Positions 1 to 8,335 of a stretch of DNA of 64,000 nucleotides are shown here, in pieces. Position numbers and translations under genes: made by a program. A model generated the notes under the pieces. That model did not search any database, had not been told where the DNA came from, and saw only the letters and a list, made by a program, of their open reading frames with translations. The DNA comes from an uncultured Victivallales bacterium. Its GTDB lineage: Bacteria > Verrucomicrobiota > Kiritimatiellia > UBA8416 > CAYOBW01. The stretch spans positions 24,086 through 88,085 of the forward strand of contig CAYOBW010000003.1 of assembly GCA_964402115.1 (NCBI GenBank), given 5' to 3'. Within the stretch, counting starts at the first letter, position 1; each line of letters starts with the position of its first letter.

Positions 1-1940
1 ACGCTGGTCCCCATGCCGACCACCTCGGACGGGAAGCCGGCGAAATCGGTCGCCATGACCTCGGCTAGATCGTGCTCCAGTTCCGCCTTGCGGCGCATCA
101 GCACGGCCTGGTGTTCACGGGCGAACTTGTACTCGGCGTTCTCGCGCAAATCGCCGTAACTACGGGCCACGCCGATTTCGCGGCTGTTTTCGGGAATATC
201 GACCTCGATCAACCGCTGCAGCTGCAACCGTTTCTCGCGATGCGTGCGCAGGGAGGTGAAGCGGGCCAGCTTGACGGCCTCCTTGGGCTCGCCCGAGTCA
301 AGTGCACGTTCGAGCTCAGGATAGAGGCGGATCATGCGTGCCAGCACGGAACGCCGGCTGCTGGGGTCCCAACCGCGACAGGCGTTGATGCGTCCGAGCA
401 ACCGCCCGCGCTGCAGACCATCGAGGCCCGCCAGCACCTGCTCCAGCCACGCCCGCTTCTCCTCGGCGAGGATCTTCATCTGGTTCTGCGTCTTCAGTTC
501 CTCGCCACTGAGAGGCAGATCAAGCTGGTCAACCACCTGCAGCAGGATGTCGATCAGCGCCACGGGGCGCCACGCCGGCAAGCGATCCAAGTGGCGACTG
601 GCCCAGTAGAGCACGTGCACGCTGGCGACGCGGCTGACCATGAGATCGCGCAGCACCACCATGGCCTCATCGCCCCGCCACGTACTGTCGAGGTGTTCCA
701 ACGCAGCCGTCAACACAGGTAGCGGCATGGCCGGCAGGCACTTTATCAGCAGGTCGCCCAGCCAAGTCGGATCGTGCTCGGCGAGCAATTGCAGAAGCGG
801 CGAGAGGTCGCGAACCGGCAAGCCGGACGCGGCGGCGATCAGCGTGCCAGGCTCCAGCAATTCCGCCAGAACGGCACGCGCATCGATCGCGGACGTGGGC
901 AGGCCGCAGCGACGCGCCAGCATCACGGCCCGCGCGAGCATGGCGGGATCCTTGCCCTCGGTCCCGCGGATGACGAACTTGATCCGGTCAATGACAACCT
1001 GCTGGGCGGCTTCGCGTTGCAGCGCGGTGGCATCCGCTTGGAGCGCCTCGCCGATGCGCGTCAGCAGTGTCGGCATGTCGCGCTCGCCCACCAGGCGGGC
1101 AAACCATTCGTCGTCGTAGGTCTTCTGCCGGGCCAGCAGGCGAATGGGGTCATTGCGCTTGGTCGGAATCTCGACAAAGGGATCGTTCTTAAGCGTCTTG
1201 CGGGCGGCTTCCCAGAACGGTTTCCAATCCGCCTCGGCGAAGACCTCGGGTACGAGCTTCTCCTTCAGCAGCGGGGCGCTCTGCGGACCATAGCTGCGCA
1301 GGGCGATGCGCACGACCTCCGCCGGATCGTGCTCCACGAGCGCTTCGAGCGCCGCGCGATCCCGGTGCTTGCGGGCCAGCAAATGGTCGTCGCTGACAGG
1401 CGCCAGCGTCTCGGCCGCGTACGCGAAAGACATCTGATGGTTGGGCTTGCCTGAGAAGTCAATCGTCACGCGTTTGTAGAAATCGTCCACCTGCTTGACG
1501 ACGCCAAAGCCCCAGGTTTTGTCGTGGCAGAACATACCCGGCGCCAGGGTCAGCAGGGTTTCCAGCCGTCGCAGGCATTCGGCCGGACGCACCGTGTCCT
1601 GATCCAACCCCACCGACGTCGCGAAGATCTTGCCCACGCGGTCGGCGAAGACCCGCTCAATGGTTTCACGGCAGAGCGTCTTAGAGGGCGTGCGGTCGCC
1701 TCTCCAGTCTAATCGCAACATCAACAAACGTAATGAATTAGGCCGATCATTGCGCTTGATCAGCGCTTCCTGCAGCAACGCGCCCCATTCCTCCGCCCGA
1801 TCGGCAGCGCCGCGACGGGCCAATTGGGTGAGAACCCCGAGGAGATGTTCGACAGGGAGAGGGTCGGTTTCCATGGCCCGCAAACACCACTCTTCGAGGC
1901 CATCCGTGCTTTTGGATTTCACTTGGTCAGGCAGTTCCAT
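1..1940 (-). CDS. greA: Transcription elongation factor GreA with long N-terminal extension (3' end outside window; >=646 aa)
   Basis: Absent from the ORF track (no stop in window). Manual minus-strand translation: ATG at 1940 after AAGGAG SD (MELPDQVKS...), in the same frame as the GreA signature IPENSREIGVARSYGDLRENAEYKFAREHQ near the window edge. Internal CHDKTWGFGVVKQVDDFYKRVTIDF segment resembles long PVC/chlamydial-type GreA. Confidence 0.88.
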   Translation of the reverse strand, partial: MELPDQVKSKSTDGLEEWCLRAMETDPLPVEHLLGVLTQLARRGAADRAEEWGALLQEALIKRNDRPNSLRLLMLRLDWRGDRTPSKTLCRETIERVFADRVGKIFATSVGLDQDTVRPAECLRRLETLLTLAPGMFCHDKTWGFGVVKQVDDFYKRVTIDFSGKPNHQMSFAYAAETLAPVSDDHLLARKHRDRAALEALVEHDPAEVVRIALRSYGPQSAPLLKEKLVPEVFAEADWKPFWEAARKTLKNDPFVEIPTKRNDPIRLLARQKTYDDEWFARLVGERDMPTLLTRIGEALQADATALQREAAQQVVIDRIKFVIRGTEGKDPAMLARAVMLARRCGLPTSAIDARAVLAELLEPGTLIAAASGLPVRDLSPLLQLLAEHDPTWLGDLLIKCLPAMPLPVLTAALEHLDSTWRGDEAMVVLRDLMVSRVASVHVLYWASRHLDRLPAWRPVALIDILLQVVDQLDLPLSGEELKTQNQMKILAEEKRAWLEQVLAGLDGLQRGRLLGRINACRGWDPSSRRSVLARMIRLYPELERALDSGEPKEAVKLARFTSLRTHREKRLQLQRLIEVDIPENSREIGVARSYGDLRENAEYKFAREHQAVLMRRKAELEHDLAEVMATDFAGFPSEVVGMGTS

Positions 1941-1964
1941 TATAAAGCTCCTTCACGTGGATTG

Positions 1965-1994
1965 CCCTTTTACCACAGAAGCCTGGTAAAAGGG
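1965..1994. promoter_or_regulatory. Perfect 11-bp inverted repeat in the divergent greA/rluA intergenic region
   Basis: CCCTTTTACCA-cagaagcc-TGGTAAAAGGG, 24 nt upstream of the greA ATG. Function not established. Confidence 0.4.
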
Positions 1995-2030
1995 AACGGG
2001 TGTTGACGGGTTTTTCGAGGGGAGTCAAGC

Positions 2031-2867
2031 ATGCGCAGCGTAGCCTATACGATTCGTAACGAAGGGGCCGGCATGGCCTTGCTGGATTTCCTGGCCGGCC
2101 ATCTGGAGATTTCCCGGAAGCGGGCCAAGCAACTGCTCGACCGGCGCTGCGTTTTCGTCAATCGCAAACGGGTTTGGATGGCCCGCCACACGCTGGCCCG
2201 CGGCGACGTAATCGAAGCGCACTTGTTGGAGGAGCACGAGCAGAAGGGCGGAGGCCCACCCGATCTGCTGCACCAGGACCCCGACTACCTGATCCTCAAC
2301 AAGCGGGCGGGCGTGGTCTCCAACGGCGAGAACAGCGCGGAGAGCGAATTGCGCCGGCGATTGGGCGATCCAGCCGTCCGCGCCGCGCACCGCCTGGACC
2401 GCGACACATCCGGATGCCTGTTGTTCGCGCGCAACGAGCTGGCCTTCGACCGGGTGGTCTCCCTCTTCCGGCGCCACCGCGTGCGCAAGACCTACCATGC
2501 ACTGGTAGTCGGCTTGTTGAACACACCGGGACGTACGATCCAGTCGCCCGTGGACGGCGAGCAGGCCATCACGAAGCTCCGGACGCTCGACAGCAACCGC
2601 GCGGCGAGTCACCTCCTGGTTTCCATCGAGACCGGACGGACCCACCAGATCCGCCGCCACCTGGGCGGCTTGGGGCACCCCGTGCTGGGCGACGGGCAGT
2701 ACGGACTCCAGGCCGGCATGGCCGATGCCGCCCGCGCAGCGCCCCGGCAGATGCTGCACGCCTACTCGCTCGACTTCCGCCATCCCGTCACGGAGGTCCG
2801 GGTGCATGCCATCGCCCCCCTGCCGGGCGATTTCCGCGAGCTGCTGCGGCATCTGCGGCTGACGTAA
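2031..2867 (+). CDS. RluA/RluD-family 23S rRNA pseudouridine synthase with S4-like N-terminus
   Basis: Motifs LNKRAGV, HRLDRDTSG (catalytic Asp), TGRTHQIR, HPVLGDGQYG and MLHAYSLDF. Confidence 0.93.
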   Translation: MRSVAYTIRNEGAGMALLDFLAGHLEISRKRAKQLLDRRCVFVNRKRVWMARHTLARGDVIEAHLLEEHEQKGGGPPDLLHQDPDYLILNKRAGVVSNGENSAESELRRRLGDPAVRAAHRLDRDTSGCLLFARNELAFDRVVSLFRRHRVRKTYHALVVGLLNTPGRTIQSPVDGEQAITKLRTLDSNRAASHLLVSIETGRTHQIRRHLGGLGHPVLGDGQYGLQAGMADAARAAPRQMLHAYSLDFRHPVTEVRVHAIAPLPGDFRELLRHLRLT

Positions 2868-2869
2868 AG

Positions 2870-2904
2870 CAGAAGTCAGAAGTCAGAATTCAGGAGTCAG
2901 GAGC
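2870..2904 (+). repeat. Short tandem heptamer repeat (CAGAAGT/CAGGAGT-like, ~5 copies)
   Basis: cagaagt-cagaagt-cagaatt-caggagt-caggagc immediately after the rluA stop codon. Confidence 0.7.
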
Positions 2905-2942
2905 ACGGAGCGGCAAATGGAGCAGGCACGGGAGGCATAACC

Positions 2943-5900
2943 ATGCGCGGACTGGGGCGGTTGGGCGGCGGACGGTTGGCGGGCTGGCTGGGCGGGGCGG
3001 GACTTCTCTGGGCGGTGGCGGCCAGTCCCGCGGCTGACGAGGGCTATCGGCTGACGGCGGAATCGCCCGTCTACTCCGTCAAACCGACCTCGGAGCTCGA
3101 CCTGACGGATGCCGTAACGTTGGAGGCGTGGGTCCGCGCCGACCGGATGGACGAGGGCGGCGGTCGCATCCTCGACAAGACCGCGCCGGGCACACAGCTC
3201 GGCTACATGCTCGACACCCACCCCGGCAACAGCCTGCGCCTGGTGAATGCCAAGGGCATGTGCCGCTTTGCCGCCAAGCTCCCCGCCGACACCTGGACGC
3301 ATGTCGCGGGCGTTTTCAGCGCTGGCCAGCAGATCATGAAGCTCTACGTGGGCGGACGCGAAGTGGCCAGCGAGAGGGGCGCGTTTGTCCCCATGACGCT
3401 CAGCACGCTTCCACTGTGCATTGGCGCCGATCCGTCGGGTGACAACCGCTTCCGCGGACGCATTCTCGTGGCGGCCGTGTATGGGCGCGCCCTTGCGGCT
3501 GAGGAAGTCGCCGCGCGGGCCGCGCGCACGGACGCCGCCTCCCTGCCCGGCGTGCTGGGCGAGTGGCGCTTCGCCGCGGATGCCGGGCCAGCCATCCAGC
3601 CGACGGCCGGCAAGCTTGTCCTGCGGCGCGGCGGCGCCCGCGCCGCCCGCTCATACGCGGGGACCTACGCCGACGACGTCACGACGCCCCCGGCAGCGCC
3701 CTGGTGCCTCTGGTACCGGCGTCCCGCCCAGAACTGGTGCGAGGCGCTGCCGATCGGCAGCGGGCACATCGCCGGCATGGTGTTCGGCGACCCCCAGACC
3801 GAGCACATCCAATTCAACGAGCACACGGTGTGGACCGGCCGGCCGCACGATTACGCGCACACCAATGCCGTGCGCTTTCTGCCGGAGATTCGCCGGCTGC
3901 TGCAGGAGGGGCGCGCCAGCGAGCGACCGGGGCTCGCCAAACTGGCCGAGGCTGACAAGCTCGCGGCGGCGGGCAACAAGGACGGCGCCCAGGCGCTGCG
4001 CAAGGAGGGGCAGGAGTTGCTCAAGGTCGCGCGCGCGAAACAGGGCGAGGCCGACGGCCTGGCCATGCGGGAGTTCATGAGCGTGCCGCTGGGCCAGAAG
4101 ACGTACCAGCCGTGCGGCGACCTGTGGATCGAGCAACCGCCCATGGCAAGCGTCAGCGGCTACCGGCGCTGGCTGGACCTCGACACGGCCACGTGCGTAT
4201 CCGAGTTCAGCAGCGGCGGCGTGCGCTTCACGCGCGAGGCCTTCGCCTCCCACCCCGCCCGCGCCATCGTCACGCGTCTGCGGGCCGACCGGCCGGGCCA
4301 GGTGCAGTGCTTCGTGCGGCTCTCCTCCGCCCACCGCGGCGCCGCGACCACCGTCGAGGGCCAGGACCGCGTCGTGCTGCGCGGCGAGGTGGAGTCGGGC
4401 GGCATCCGGTTCCAGGCCGTCGCCAGGATCGAAGCGCAAGGCGGCACGCTGAAGGCGGAGGAAGACGGGATTCGCATCGAGGACGCCGACGAAGTCGTGG
4501 TGCGACTCGTGGCCGGCACGAGCTTCAAGAACTGGCTGGACATCTCCGGCGATCCCGCGGCCGCGTCCGACGGGCTGCTGGAGGCGGCGTCTGCGCGCAC
4601 GTACGATGCGCTGCGGACAGCGCATCTCACCGATCACCAGGCGCTGTTCCAGCGCGTGGCGCTCGACCTCGGGCGCACGGACGCGGCGAAACGGCCCACC
4701 GACGAACGCATCGCCGGGTTCCGCGCCGGCAACGACCCGCACCTGGCAGCCCTGACCTTCCAGTACGGACGCTACCTCCTGATCGGCAGCAGCCGCGCGG
4801 GCGGCCAGCCGGCGAACCTCCAGGGCATCTGGAACGACCTGCTGCGTCCGCCCTGGGACAGCAAGTACACGTGCAACATCAACACGGAGATGAACTACTG
4901 GCCGGCGTTGCCGGCCAATCTGGCCGAGTGCCAGGCGGCGCTCTTCGACGCGCTGGACGACCTTGTCGTCTCGGGCCGCCGCACGGCGAAGGAGCACTAC
5001 GGCGCGCGCGGATGGGTCGTGCACCACAACTTCGACCTCTGGCGCGGCAGCGCGCCGATCAACGCGGCCAACCACGGCATCTGGGTCACCGGCGGCGCAT
5101 GGATGACAACGCAGCTCTGGGAGCACTACCAGTTCACGCAGGACCGCGAGTTCCTGCGCAAGCGCGCCTACCCGGTCATGCGGGAGGCGGCGCTCTTCTT
5201 CACCGACTTCCTGGTTGAAGACCCGCTCACCGGCTGGCTCGTCAGCGGACCGTCGAACTCGCCCGAGCAGGGCGGCCTGGTGATGGGGCCGACAATGGAC
5301 CACCAGATCATCCGCGTGCTGTTCAGGGCCTGCATCGAGGCCGCGCGCGTCCTCGACACGGACGCGGCTTTCGCCGCGCAGCTCGGCAAGCTGCTACCGC
5401 GCATCGCCCCGAACCAGGTCGGCCGGCACAACCAGCTCCAGGAGTGGGTCGAGGACAAGGACGACCCTGGCAACACGCACCGCCACGTGTCGCATCTCTG
5501 GGGCGCCTACCCGGGCGACGACATCACGTGGCGCGATCCGAAGCTGCACCAGGCGGCGCGCCAGTCCCTGCTCTACCGGGGGGATGCCGCCACAGGCTGG
5601 TCCATGGGCTGGAAGATCAATCTCTGGGCGCGGTTCCTCGACGGCGACCACGCCATGCTCATCGTCGGCAACCTGCTTGAGCCGATCGGCAAGGGCAAGG
5701 GCGGCATGTATCCGAACCTGTTCGACGCGCATCCGCCGTTCCAGATCGACGGCAACTTCGGCGCGGCGGCCGGCATCGCGGAGATGCTCCTGCAGAGCCA
5801 CGTTCGCGAGACTGACGGCACGTTTGTTGTGCACCTGTTGCCGGCCCTCCCGTCGGTTTGGCCCGCGGGGAGTGTGCGGGGTCTGCGCGCCCGCGGCGGA

Positions 5901-6062
5901 CACGAGGTGGACCTGGCATGGCAAGGCGGCCAGCTGACGGAGGCCACGCTGCGTCCCTCCGTGACGGGTCGCGCATCCGTGCGGCTCGGCGAACGGACGG
6001 TGACGCTGGAAACGACGGCGAACCGCCCGCTCAAACTGGGACCAGACCTCACGTCACGCTGA
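2943..6062 (+). CDS. Secreted GH95 alpha-L-fucosidase-like glycoside hydrolase with N-terminal LamG/concanavalin-like domain
   Basis: GGAGG SD and signal-peptide-like N-terminus. LamG motifs ([15 protein letters not shown]). GH95 motifs [57 protein letters not shown] and [11 protein letters not shown]. Confidence 0.92.
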   Translation: MRGLGRLGGGRLAGWLGGAGLLWAVAASPAADEGYRLTAESPVYSVKPTSELDLTDAVTLEAWVRADRMDEGGGRILDKTAPGTQLGYMLDTHPGNSLRLVNAKGMCRFAAKLPADTWTHVAGVFSAGQQIMKLYVGGREVASERGAFVPMTLSTLPLCIGADPSGDNRFRGRILVAAVYGRALAAEEVAARAARTDAASLPGVLGEWRFAADAGPAIQPTAGKLVLRRGGARAARSYAGTYADDVTTPPAAPWCLWYRRPAQNWCEALPIGSGHIAGMVFGDPQTEHIQFNEHTVWTGRPHDYAHTNAVRFLPEIRRLLQEGRASERPGLAKLAEADKLAAAGNKDGAQALRKEGQELLKVARAKQGEADGLAMREFMSVPLGQKTYQPCGDLWIEQPPMASVSGYRRWLDLDTATCVSEFSSGGVRFTREAFASHPARAIVTRLRADRPGQVQCFVRLSSAHRGAATTVEGQDRVVLRGEVESGGIRFQAVARIEAQGGTLKAEEDGIRIEDADEVVVRLVAGTSFKNWLDISGDPAAASDGLLEAASARTYDALRTAHLTDHQALFQRVALDLGRTDAAKRPTDERIAGFRAGNDPHLAALTFQYGRYLLIGSSRAGGQPANLQGIWNDLLRPPWDSKYTCNINTEMNYWPALPANLAECQAALFDALDDLVVSGRRTAKEHYGARGWVVHHNFDLWRGSAPINAANHGIWVTGGAWMTTQLWEHYQFTQDREFLRKRAYPVMREAALFFTDFLVEDPLTGWLVSGPSNSPEQGGLVMGPTMDHQIIRVLFRACIEAARVLDTDAAFAAQLGKLLPRIAPNQVGRHNQLQEWVEDKDDPGNTHRHVSHLWGAYPGDDITWRDPKLHQAARQSLLYRGDAATGWSMGWKINLWARFLDGDHAMLIVGNLLEPIGKGKGGMYPNLFDAHPPFQIDGNFGAAAGIAEMLLQSHVRETDGTFVVHLLPALPSVWPAGSVRGLRARGGHEVDLAWQGGQLTEATLRPSVTGRASVRLGERTVTLETTANRPLKLGPDLTSR

Positions 6063-6151
6063 GCGCGTGGGCTGCCCTGGAACGGACCGGCGCCGCGGGG
6101 CTCGCACGCCGACCCCCATCCGCCGTTGCCGCTTGCGGCAGCCCCTTGGCA

Positions 6152-6823
6152 TCAAGGCGAGCGCTTCGGCACAATCCGCAGCGTGCCGTCACGCACGACA
6201 ACGGTCTCGATCTTCGCCAGGAACCGGGCCGTTTCCGGCTCTTCGGCGGCCTTTTCGGCCAGGTTCTCATTGCGGACGGCGTGCATGATCGTCTCGGGCA
6301 GGGCCTTGCCGCGCACCTCCACGGCGTCCATAAACACATTCAGCCGGCCGGCCGTCAGGTCCACACGAAACACGGCGGAACCGTTCAGGTAGCGATCCTT
6401 GAAAGGCGCCGGAGCCTGCTTGAGCGCCATGCTGACCTGCCCGCGGAGTTTGTCGCCCTCGAGATCGACGCGGACGGCGCCCCCCTGGCCCGCCCAACCG
6501 GGGTTCCGGCCAAGCAGGATATTGATATCGCGAGCGGTCAGGACCAGATCGGACGCGGCACGCTCCTGCCGCAGCTCCTCGCCGAAGGCCTTGACGCGCG
6601 CAACCAGGGCCGCGGCCTCAGCCTGCGGCGCCTCTGTCACGGGTAACGCCCGGGGCGCGGGATCCGTGTACTGCGTCACCGCGTTGGCGATGAAGCCCTT
6701 GACCCCGCGATAGGCTAGAAAGCTGCCGACCGCAGCCAGCAGCAGCACGGAGAGGCAACCGATGGCCAGGGCCTTCCCGCAACCACAACCGCTCTTCCTG
6801 ACCGGCTGAACGACTTCGCCCAT
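6152..6823 (-). CDS. Hypothetical membrane-anchored protein (single N-terminal TM after a Cys-rich KSGCGCGK motif)
   Basis: ATG at 6823 preceded by AGGAGGA is preferred over the longer ORF-track start, which overlaps the MFS gene. One hydrophobic helix followed by a soluble domain. Confidence 0.72.
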   Translation of the reverse strand: MGEVVQPVRKSGCGCGKALAIGCLSVLLLAAVGSFLAYRGVKGFIANAVTQYTDPAPRALPVTEAPQAEAAALVARVKAFGEELRQERAASDLVLTARDINILLGRNPGWAGQGGAVRVDLEGDKLRGQVSMALKQAPAPFKDRYLNGSAVFRVDLTAGRLNVFMDAVEVRGKALPETIMHAVRNENLAEKAAEEPETARFLAKIETVVVRDGTLRIVPKRSP

Positions 6824-6926
6824 CTTCTTATCCTCCTGCCCTTTTGACGCACTGTAGCAGGCCAGACCGTGCGCGTCCAACCGAGACAACGGGTTGACGG
6901 CTGTGGTATGGTCCTGGCCTGTTGCT

Positions 6927-8276
6927 ATGAGCGAACCGACACCAACCGCAAACACCCCTTACGGCGTCTGGCAGAGCCGGGAGTACCGGCTGTTCTCAGC
7001 CGGATGGATGGCCCTGATCCTGGCCGGCCAGATCGAGTTGATAGCCGTGGGCATGCACGTCTATGCCCAGACGGGCAACGCGCTGGCCCTCGGCTGGCTG
7101 GGCCTGACCCGTGCCTTGCCGGTCATCCTGCTGGCGCTCGCGGGCGGACAGCTGGCGGACCGTTACAGCCGACAGAAGGTGCTGACCGTCACGCTTTCGA
7201 TTGGAGTTCTCGCCACCGCCGGCCTGCTGGCAGCGGCCTGGTGCGGGGCGTCGATCAGGTGGTTCTACGCGTTTCTGCTCCTCGCCGGGATCGGACAGGC
7301 ACTCGGCTCACCGGCCCGGGCCGCCATCCTGCCTCAACTGGTTCCGACTCACCTCTTCAGCCACGCGGTGGCGTGGAACTCCAGCCTGTTCCAGGTCGGC
7401 ACCATGATCGGACCAGCACTCGGCGGCTTGCTGATGGGACGCAACGATAACACCCCGCCTGCCCTGGCCCTTGCCTGCGCGTGCCGGCTGGGCGCCCTGG
7501 CCTTCATCGCCGTGATCCGCCTGCCGCACACCGGGAACAGGCCGGCGGTCAACTCGCTGGCCGATCTGCTGGCAGGCATACGCTTTGTGGCCAATTCCAG
7601 GCTCATCCTGGCCACGATCACGCTCGACCTGTTTGCCGTGCTGGTCGGTGGAGCGGTCTACCTCCTGCCGCTGTACGCGCGGGATATCCTGCACGTCGGC
7701 GGCGTGGGGCTGGGCCTGTTGCGCTCGGCGGAAGCCGTGGGCGCGATCCTGATGGCCATGCTCATCGCGCACCGGCCACCTCTGCGCAGGGCGGGAAACG
7801 CCATGCTCTGGGCGGTGGCGGGTTTCGGTGCTTCAACCGTGTTGTTCGGCCTGTCGCAGTGGTTCTGGTTGTCCATGCTCGCCATGTTCCTGATCGGGGC
7901 TACGGACAACATCAGCGTCATCGTACGCCACACGCTCGTGCAGGTGCTGACGCCGGACGCCATGCGCGGGCGGGTCTCGGCCGTAAACAACGTCTTCATC
8001 GTGGCGTCGAACGACCTGGGAGGCTTCGAATCGGGCGTCAGCGCACGGCTGTTCGAGGCCGCGGCAGCCGGGTTGGGGGTCGCCGCTCCGGGCCTGTCCG
8101 CGCGCGTGGCGGGCGCCATGGGGTCGGTGGTATTCGGAGGGATCGGAGCCATCCTGGCGGTGGCGGGCTGCGCCCGGCGCTGGCCGGAACTCCTCACCCT
8201 CGGTTCGCTTCGGGACATCCAACCCGCCGAACCGGCGGCGCCGACGCCCCCGCGAGAACGACCGGACTTGGCGTAA
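6927..8276 (+). CDS. MFS transporter (EntS/DHA3-like H+ antiporter family)
   Basis: About 12 hydrophobic segments, motif A GGQLADRYSRQK, TITLDLFAVLVGG and LTPDAMRGRVSAVN. Start set at ATG 6927. Confidence 0.9.
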   Translation: MSEPTPTANTPYGVWQSREYRLFSAGWMALILAGQIELIAVGMHVYAQTGNALALGWLGLTRALPVILLALAGGQLADRYSRQKVLTVTLSIGVLATAGLLAAAWCGASIRWFYAFLLLAGIGQALGSPARAAILPQLVPTHLFSHAVAWNSSLFQVGTMIGPALGGLLMGRNDNTPPALALACACRLGALAFIAVIRLPHTGNRPAVNSLADLLAGIRFVANSRLILATITLDLFAVLVGGAVYLLPLYARDILHVGGVGLGLLRSAEAVGAILMAMLIAHRPPLRRAGNAMLWAVAGFGASTVLFGLSQWFWLSMLAMFLIGATDNISVIVRHTLVQVLTPDAMRGRVSAVNNVFIVASNDLGGFESGVSARLFEAAAAGLGVAAPGLSARVAGAMGSVVFGGIGAILAVAGCARRWPELLTLGSLRDIQPAEPAAPTPPRERPDLA

Positions 8277-8335
8277 GCTCTTTGCGAGCATTGACCTGCA
8301 GCCTGAACCCCTGCAGTCTACAACCCTTTCCAGGT

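Noticed and set aside
72-2006. Plus-strand ORFs of 60-226 aa in the ORF track
   Set aside because: Antisense shadows of the minus-strand greA frame, which carries the real motifs.
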